From: Reclinomonas americana ATCC 50394
Lineage: Eukaryota
Direction of reading: 5' to 3'
DNA: 32,897 nucleotides
NCBI GenBank assembly: GCA_048213135.1
Contig: PS015013.1
Location: 233,218-266,114, forward strand
The notes beneath the pieces were generated by a model that did not search any database, had not been told where the DNA came from, and was given only the letters and a program-made list of their open reading frames with translations. Position 1 is the first letter of the stretch; every line of letters begins with the position of its first letter. The translations under genes were made by a program, and so were the position numbers. Shown one piece after another: positions 25,278 through 32,897 of this stretch.

Positions 25278-28200
25278 ATGTCGTCGGCGATCCGTCTCCA
25301 GATTGCGCGTAACACACGGCGCACGCGCGATCGATCGGCCAACACGTCGCAGAGTGTGAACTCGCCGGGTGTTGTTTCGGGTGCCGGAGTCAGCTTCTTC
25401 AGCAACAGCAGCAACGGCAGCAACAACAGTGGTGGTAGTGGTGGCAACAATGGGAGTGGAGGCAACAATGGTGCGAGTGCGGGAGGATCTGGAGGTGCGA
25501 CTGGTGCATCGGGACCAACGTCGCCAGTGTCCGGTGGATCGTCCGGCAAGTCGTTGCAATCGTCGTCGTCGGCGAGCAACAACACCAACAGCGGTGGCGG
25601 CTCAAGCAACGGCAACAGCAACAGCAGCAGCAGCAGTAGTGCCAACGCAAAAGCGCGTGCCCTCGATACTCCAGACGCTGTACGGTTTGTTTGGTGTTTC
25701 GCGCGCGTGTGTTGCGCGACATTTTCCACTCANNNNNNNNNNNNNNNNNNNNNNNNNNNNNNNNNNNNNNNNNNNNNNNNNNNNNNNNNNNNNNNNNNNN
25801 NNNNNNNNNNCACGCGGCAGCGATCGAGAGGATGCACGTCACCAGACCGAGGGCGACAAACGGGGCGCGGACCGAGACTCCAAACACAAACGCCAGACCG
25901 TGTGAGGCCAGACCGACGACCAACAGCAGTGGTAGCAGACCGAGGAGCTGTTGTGCGACGACCAGCACAATATAACGCAGCGACGCTGGCTCACAAGCGC
26001 AAAGTCGGCGACGGGAAATCCGCAGTCGAAGACGAAGACGACGACGACGACGGTTGCGGCTGCGGTGGTGGTACCAACAGTGGTTTCAAGGGTCGCAGAA
26101 AGATGCGTTCCAGCACGTGCTGCTCCTTCTCCCAGGCACACAGCGATCGAACACAACGAGACTCGATCCACCACGTCCAGAACAAATTCCACAGACTGAC
26201 CGGCGGCGGCGACGAAAGCGTGCTGCGCAACAACAGTCGATGATTGCTGCTGGAAAGCTGCGAGTGATTGGCGTGCGGGTGCAGAGGACCAACTGCTGCC
26301 AAATGTCGCTGCTGCTGCTGTTGCTGTTGATTCAGTCGCTTCTGCTTCTGCTGCACAGTGCGCTGCTCCAACAAACGCTTCTGCAGGTGTGTCCACTCGC
26401 GGGCACTGTGAGCACACAACGAGAGAGAGAGAGAGGGAGCGAGGNNNNNNNNNNNNNNNNNNNNTCTGGCCTCCACTGTTCGCGAGGACTTCAACGACGC
26501 CGAGTGTGGGTGGGGCGAAGTAATTGTCACTAGCTCCCCGCCGCTGCCGCCGTTGCAAGAGACAGCGACCTGTGGTCAACTTGAGCAACAACAACAACAA
26601 CAACAACAACCGGAACCTCATCAGTCGTTCCAGTCGACAGCAACACCCGGACAGCTCGGCTCCTCCGAACCGCGCAAGTTCCACAGCTTCAGCTCGCTCT
26701 CCGTTCCGCGCACCCCGAGCGTGATCGGCTGCTTCCTGTCAGCTACTCAGTCGCCCGCCACTGATATCGCCGTCGGCAAGTCACCGTACGTGTGCGGAGG
26801 CAGCTTTGGTGGTTATCGCGGTCATCGCACCAGTGTGTCGGAGTTCGAGGCCAGCTCGACCAGCTTCTTTCTGTCTTCCACCATCCACCGACGCTCCGAG
26901 GTCGAGCCGAAGGCGCACACCAGATCACCGTTTGACGTGTACACCTACGTGAGTTCCAGCAGCGGATCGTCGCGCAGCAGCAGCCCAGACAGTGGATCCG
27001 ACTTGGAGGACAGCGATTTGCAAGCCGTCGAGTCGTCGTATCGGAACACCGTGAACGAGATCGCCGACATTGTCAGCAACAACAACAACAACAACAACAA
27101 CCACAACAGCAACGGAAGCGTCACTGCAGACGAGCGCGCTTTTGCCGATACGCCCACGTGTGACTCGCTACTTGACGAGCTTGCCGTTCCGGAACTTGTG
27201 CCACTGATCTTCAACAGTCCAGCCTTGACACACGCCATGGAGTCGGCAGCCAGCAGTTTGCTCCCCAATGGTGGCGACGTGGCCAAGTTTATGAGTGAGA
27301 TTCAAGGGGTGAGTTTGCGTGACCAACCAAGGTCGATGCGTGTTCCCGCACTCACGTGTTACTGTTGTTGTTGTCACAGACTATTACGCGCCTGACGGAG
27401 CGACGGGAACGCCGCAATGTGGAGCGCGAGAAGCTTCGCGATTTGGAGAACCGCCTCGGCGGATCAGCAGCACCTGGCGAAGCCCAACAACAACAACAAC
27501 ATCAACAACAACGACCACAGTCGTCGCCAAATTCAGCGTCGGTGTCACCGAGACCACCAGTGCCAGTCGCAGCTGTCGCTTCATCACAGCAGTCGCCAGT
27601 GACGGTGAGTGAGTGGGTTGGGCGGATGAGAATCACGTAGTTGCAGTGATTGACGTTTTGCATTTTGATGATAGGTGCAGACGATTGAGCAAGCAGCTGT
27701 ACAGTCGGCTGCCGCAGACGAGCCTGCGGTGTGTACTCATTTTGCCATCTGGTTATGAAGATTGTCCACTCACGTGCTGATTGTGTGCAGCCGCAGACCG
27801 ACACCAATGCCGTTCGCACAACCGACAGCGGCGCCGCTTCTGAAGCTAGTGAGCATGTGGAGACAGCGCCACAGGTATGTCGTGTGCAGTCAGCTTGCAG
27901 TCGGCGCACATGTGACTCATGGAGAAATCCGTTTGCGTGTGTGTGACAACAGGAGACGTCGCGTGACAGCTCAAGGTAACCACTCTTCCCTGTCGCCGTT
28001 GCATCTCGTGGCAAGGTGGTCTCATCATCTCTCTCTGTTAATTCTCGCGTCTGCAGTCCAGTGGAATCCCTGTCGGAGAGCTTCGACACGGTGACTGCTG
28101 TGCACGAGGTCATGCGTCAGATTGACGCACACTTGGCAAGCAAGGAGGCGATTGCTTCTCCGCAACCCCTGGTCGCACCACCACCACCACCACCACGGCC

Positions 28201-28996
28201 AGCGGCGGCGGGAGCGGAAAATGAGTTTGAGACAGCGCTGTACGAACATCTTGATCCGTTGCCCCCACCACCGCCGTCCACACATGCCCGCCCGACCGCC
28301 TCGATGAAGCACGCAGTGGAGGTTTGTACACCACCGTCAATGTGTGCGCGCGCGTCACTCTCTGTGCACCCATCTCAACATCCCACCTCCAGCTCATTCA
28401 ACCGTATCAACCAATCGCACACCCACCTGGTTCCACCACGGTGCTCTCGTCGCCGCAGCGTCTCGCCACGCTACTTGACTCGCTCCAGTCGCGTGGTCAA
28501 GGAGGTACGTGTCGCGGCAGTGAGCTTGATCGATTGATGCAGGTGGAGTGACTCATTTTTTGTGGTCTGCACGCAGCATCCACAGTCGGCACGGCACCTG
28601 TGATCCCATCGCCTGAGCGTAATGCCGCCTCTGCTACACCACCTTTGCGCTCTCCCGCGACGGCGGCAGCCAGCGATGAACGAGCGTCAATTTTGTCGTC
28701 GCCGCCCTCGTTCCCGCCTCCGCCTCCGCCGCAGCAACAGCAGCAGCAGTCGCAGTCGCAGCCTGAACAGAGTCCTCTCCGGTGCGTCCCGTCGTGTCCA
28801 TCGACACACGCGTCGCTCGTCGCCCACAGGCCTCTGTGATCTCGACAGAGCTGTTTCGACGCCGGATGAGGCACTGAGTGTGCTGGCTCTGCGGTCTCCA
28901 ATGGCACAGCGCCTGGCCGCCACCGTCATGGAGTCACGGGCGGCCCGCAATATGGTCCTGGGCAATCGGCCAGCCGGCTCACCCGCCAACAGATGA
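25278..28996 (+). CDS. Uncharacterised low-complexity (S/G/N/Q/P-rich) protein with a hydrophobic TM hairpin and short coiled coil. Exons 2-3 lie on the inverted contig 25811-26444.
   Basis: aaaaATG at 25278 (MSSAIRLQIARNTRR…) and long exon …QETATCGQLEQQ…EIQG. Coiled coil TITRLTERRERRNVEREKLRDLENRL. Canonical GT-AG introns and final exon …MAQRLAATVMESRAARNMVLGNRPAGSPANR with TGA ending at 28996. Confidence 0.55.
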
Positions 28997-29202
28997 AAAT
29001 GACGATCTCGGCCGGCCAAGGAAAAATACAACATCGCGGACGAAAAAAGACGAGCGTCGAGTCTCTCTCTCTCTCTTGTCGCGAATGCACGTGAATATAA
29101 GCAACAATGTCGTACGCTATCTTGCACTTTACATCCATCTGCTCCGCTCCTCTCAAGTTCCCACCCTTTCGCACTCACACACAGATACTCGCACCCTGTC
29201 GC

Positions 29203-30132
29203 TCAGTCTGCGGGTACCTCCACACGCGGCTTGTTCGGATTGTTGGCCAGCAACCAGTTGGCGAGCCACGCCTGCACGGAAGAAAGTAAGCGACAGCGCA
29301 CGCTCCAAGACCTACAGTGAGGTGACTGACCACCGGCTGTGCGGGCTTCTCCTTGCACAGCTCCGTGAGCGCCTGTCGCAAAATCGTCGACAGCCTCTCC
29401 TCCATGACCTCACGCGCCTCCTTGGGTCCCAACAGCGGCACACTCACTGCAACGCAACGCACCAGTGAGTATGACACAGAGAGGAGAAGAGAAGCAGAAC
29501 AAGAACACACACCCGAGGGGAAAAAGTACTTGATCTCGCGTCTTGCGCTCTCGCTGCTGTCGCTTCCGTGCACCGCATTGTACGTCGTGTCCGTGCCGTA
29601 CTTGGCACGCAGTCTTTGGCGCCGCACATGTGAGCGCCTTGAGCAAGAGAGCAAGAGAACAAGAGTGTATGCGCAACGAGTTGGGATGGTCTCGACGCGC
29701 CACCTCGACATTCGTCGGTCCCATCAACGCGCGCCAGTCCTTGATCGCGTTCTCCTTGGCCAGCACCAGCACACGCACCGGTCCACTCGTCATAAAGTCC
29801 ATCAGAGTCTCATAGAAACGCTTGCCCTGTTCAACAGCGTTGAGATGAAGAGTAACAAAATGAGTGTATATCAAGAAGGGCACCTCATGCTCGGCGTAAA
29901 AGCCAGCAGCGCGCTCTCGTGTGAGCTGCAGTCTTTGCTCGGAGACAATGACAAAGCCGGCCTCGCGCAAGTCATCGCGAATGGCCTCCTCGTAGCCTGC
30001 GCGCACTGCGTCTGGCTTGATAATCCCAAAGGTCTTTTCCACGTTGGCGAATGATTGCACCTGTGAGTGAGCAGAGAGAGAATGAGAGAGAGAGCAGTGA
30101 GCAGAACAGGAGTGAGGAGCACGCACCGACAT
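29203..30132 (-). CDS. NME5: Nucleoside diphosphate kinase with C-terminal Dpy-30 domain (NME5/RSP23-type radial spoke NDK)
   Basis: MS|VQSFANVEKTFGIIKPDAV…FYAEHE|GKRFYETLMDFMTSGP…AIKDWRALMGPTN…LRAKYGTDTTYNAVHGSDSSESARREIKYFFP, then Dpy-30 motif LSTILRQALTELCKEKPAQPV|AWLANWLLANNPNKP. TGA at 29203-29205. Confidence 0.9.
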
Positions 30133-30479
30133 GTTGGGTAACGGGGGGGGGGGGGGGGGGGGGGTGCGACGGCGGTNNNNNNNNNNNNNNNNNNNNTCGG
30201 CACCCAGTGGCCAGTGGCGTGCGGCCTGCAATAACCAACGGTGAGACACTGCAGTGAAGCAGGATGCAAAGATCGACTCACCAACACCGGCACACTACCA
30301 CTACTCCAGCGGGGTGCGCGCACGTGTGCGGTCCACACGTGTCGGAGCTCGGCAACCAAGGCCGACGGCATGTTGTGGTCGTCGTGGTGGTACTGCTTGT
30401 CGGCGTCACCACGGCGTCGGGCACTGGTACCTCTACGACGTCGGCCACCTCGCCTGCAACTGGCGGCAGCATGCATGGA

Positions 30480-31250
30480 GACCGCATGGTTGTGCACGGC
30501 GGCGTAGTGCTCGACGGCGGCAAGCAGAAACTCGACTCCGGCGCGGTCGGAAAATGAGGCCTTCTCCAGCTTCATGCGGCTGTTGGACTGGCGCTCCACA
30601 AACATCTTTGTGTGTGCGGATCTCTGTGTGTCAGAAATAGCAGCGTGGGAGGTGGGGAAAAGAGCAATCAATGTGCGCGTACCAGGTGACCGCCGTGCTT
30701 GGTGACGGCGAACGCGAGATTCGGATTGGCGTCGGCCAACTGCATGCCGACAGCAGCAAGTGCGGCAATGCGAGACCTTGGCATGGGCCGGTGAGCACTC
30801 TGGCACTGGCCGTACGCGCATCGATCGGACTGTAAAGTCGCACAAAACGAGCGAGTGTGTGTGTGAGAGAGAGAAAGAGAAACAAGGCCGCACGCGACAA
30901 TCGCTGACACACATACGCACTCAACACCAAGAGAGAGGAAAGCTGACGAAAACGACGGAAATCCAGAGATCAACTGCGTGCCGTCAACGAGGAACACGGG
31001 AAAGTAGAACTGCAGGACAGATCGAAACAAATGAGCGACAGGGGCAGAAGAGAGAACATATGAAGTGAGCGCACACTGGATCACTCAGTCTCTGTTGCTC
31101 ATTCCTTCCTTTCCCCTATCCTCACCGCCTGCACCTGCTCCGTTGCATCACTCCACGCACACGCTGCCGGAAACGCGTACGAATGACGCACGATCACCGC
31201 AGCGTGCTCTTGTGCACAAACCGTCGGCGACAAGGCGACACCGAACCATC
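30480..31250 (-). CDS. C-terminal portion of an ABHD1-3/YheT-like alpha/beta hydrolase (start and stop unresolved; possibly a fragment)
   Basis: Spliced pieces QVQA|FYFPVFLVD…DPID…LADANPNLAFAVTKHGGHL|MFVE…SFSDRAGVEFL match the NPN…T..GGH..F.E…D….EF pattern of this family. Confidence 0.45.
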
Positions 31251-31376
31251 TGTCGTGAAAATCATGGCGCGAGAGAGTGTATGAGTGCACACATCATTCC
31301 CCACGTGTCTCATCAGTGCATCCGCCCGCTGTGTAGTGTCGTGATCGACGCAACGTACAGGCAATCCAACTTGCGA

Positions 31377-32897
31377 TCACGATTTCGCGTCCAGACCCAG
31401 CACAGCATCACACATGGCAAGAAGATTGCGCGCTTCGTTGACACAATAGTCGCACAAGTCGCGCTCACTCTCGCACAGTGCGCGCTCTTGCAGACTGAAC
31501 ACAGTCGACTGGAACTCTTCCGCCCTGGCCTTCCTCCTGCGGAGTTCAGCGACAAGCGGGTCGTTGGCAGGAAGCTCCTCTCTCTCCCTGCAGCGGCTCT
31601 CGACTTGTTCCAAGACGCGCACAAATCTGTCGTGCGCCTCGGGCATCGTGACCTGCAGCAGCTCGTAATCAGCAGCGCTCAGACCAGCGACCAAGCCTGG
31701 CGCCACAGCTGGCGTTGATCCTGCGGCTGCAGTGGGGGGCAGAGTAGCAGCAGACAAAGCTGGCGCTGCAGCTGGCNNNNNNNNNNNNNNNNNNNNNNNN
31801 NNNNNNNNNNNNNNNNNNNNNNNNNNNNNNNNNNNNNNNNNNNNNNNNNNNNNNNNNNNNNNNNNNNNNNNNNNNNNNNNNNNNNNNNNNNNNNNNNNNN
31901 NNNNNNNNNNNNNNNNNNNNNNNNNNNNNNNNNNNNNNNNNNNNNNNNNNNNNNNNNNNNNNNNNNNNNNNNNNNNNNNNNNNNNNNNNNNNNNNNNNNN
32001 NNNNNNNNNNNNNNNNNNNNNNNNNNNNNNNNNNNNNNNNNNNNNNNNNNNNNNNNNNNNNNNNNNNNNNNNNNNNNNNNNNNNNNNNNNNNNNNNNNNN
32101 NNNNNNNNNNNNNNNNNNNNNNNNNNNNNNNNNNNNNNNNNNNNNNNNNNNNNNNNNNNNNNNNNNNNNNNNNNNNNNNNNNNNNNNNNNNNNNNNNNNN
32201 NNNNNNNNNNNNNNNNNNNNNNNNNNNNNNNNNNNNNNNNNNNNNNNNNNNNNNNNNNNNNNNNNNNNNNNNNNNNNNNNNNNNNNNNNNNNNNNNNNNN
32301 NNNNNNNNNNNNNNNNNNNNNNNNNNNNNNNNNNNNNNNNNNNNNNNNNNNNNNNNNNNNNNNNNNNNNNNNNNNNNNNNNNNNNNNNNNNNNNNNNNNN
32401 NNNNNNNNNNNNNNNNNNNNNNNNNNNNNNNNNNNNNNNNNNNNNNNNNNNNNNNNNNNNNNNNNNNNNNNNNNNNNNNNNNNNNNNNNNNNNNNNNNNN
32501 NNNNNNNNNNNNNNNNNNNNNNNNNNNNNNNNNNNNNNNNNNNNNNNNNNNNNNNNNNNNNNNNNNNNNNNNNNNNNNNNNNNNNNNNNNNNNNNNNNNN
32601 NNGGCGGCGGCGGTGGTGGTGGTGGTGGTGGTGGTGGTTGCTGATCTGGTGGAGTGGCAGCTGCAGAAAGTGTGTGGAAGGAGGCGCATGAGCGAGGGTT
32701 ATGATACGCAGTGGGAGAAGTGGCGAGCGCCAGTTGTAAGTGTAACTTGCAGCAGTGATCGGAAGCACCAGTGGTTGAAGCAGCCACTGCTCTGGAAGCG
32801 GAGGAAGTGGAGGAAGTGGTGCAACGTGCTGCAACACAGATGTGGGTGGTGCGCTGATACAAAGGAGAACACCAGGGACGGAGTTGATCTCACCTCC
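31377..32897 (-). CDS. 3' part of a Pro/Ala-rich protein ending in a small helical domain (GAT-like is only a guess); spans an N gap and is truncated by the window
   Basis: Intron GAG|GTGAGA…TTGCAG near 32830-32893, then an exon ending in poly-Pro. After the gap, PAAAPALS…EAHDRFVRVLEQVESRC…LVAELRRRKARAEEFQSTVFSLQERAL…DAKS with TGA at 31377-31379. Confidence 0.5.
   Translation of the reverse strand, partial: GGEINSVPGVLLCISAPPTSVLQHVAPLPPLPPLPEQWLLQPLVLPITAASYTYNWRSPLLPLRIITLAHAPPSTHFLQLPLHQISNHHHHHHHHRRRXXXXXXXXXXXXXXXXXXXXXXXXXXXXXXXXXXXXXXXXXXXXXXXXXXXXXXXXXXXXXXXXXXXXXXXXXXXXXXXXXXXXXXXXXXXXXXXXXXXXXXXXXXXXXXXXXXXXXXXXXXXXXXXXXXXXXXXXXXXXXXXXXXXXXXXXXXXXXXXXXXXXXXXXXXXXXXXXXXXXXXXXXXXXXXXXXXXXXXXXXXXXXXXXXXXXXXXXXXXXXXXXXXXXXXXXXXXXXXXXXXXXXXXXXXXXXXXXXXXXXXXXXXXXXXXXXXXXPAAAPALSAATLPPTAAAGSTPAVAPGLVAGLSAADYELLQVTMPEAHDRFVRVLEQVESRCREREELPANDPLVAELRRRKARAEEFQSTVFSLQERALCESERDLCDYCVNEARNLLAMCDAVLGLDAKS

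Overview
Gene-dense, GC-rich eukaryotic scaffold with short (about 45-80 nt) GT-AG introns, CA/GA microsatellites and several N gaps. It comes from a flagellated microbial eukaryote, judging by the DRC11/IQCA1 and NME5/RSP23 genes. The six-frame ORF track is fragmented by introns, so gene models were spliced by eye and exact boundaries are provisional. Contents in order: the 3' end of a coiled-coil gene (+); a divergent HAP2/GCS1-like fusexin (-); a dual-acylated RhoGAP-like gene (+); DRC11/IQCA1 (-); a giant 14.4-kb gene for a Pmp-like beta-helix, Cys-rich, roughly 9-TM surface protein (-); a low-complexity TM/coiled-coil gene (+); NME5 (-); an alpha/beta-hydrolase-like fragment (-); and the 3' end of a Pro-rich gene (-). 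The most interesting element is the HAP2-like protein: its fusion-loop region appears collapsed, conserved cysteines are missing, and it has an added Cys-rich/EGF-like stalk. Two gap-flanked contigs (11814-12520 and 25811-26444) appear to be in the wrong orientation, because flipping them restores in-frame genes.
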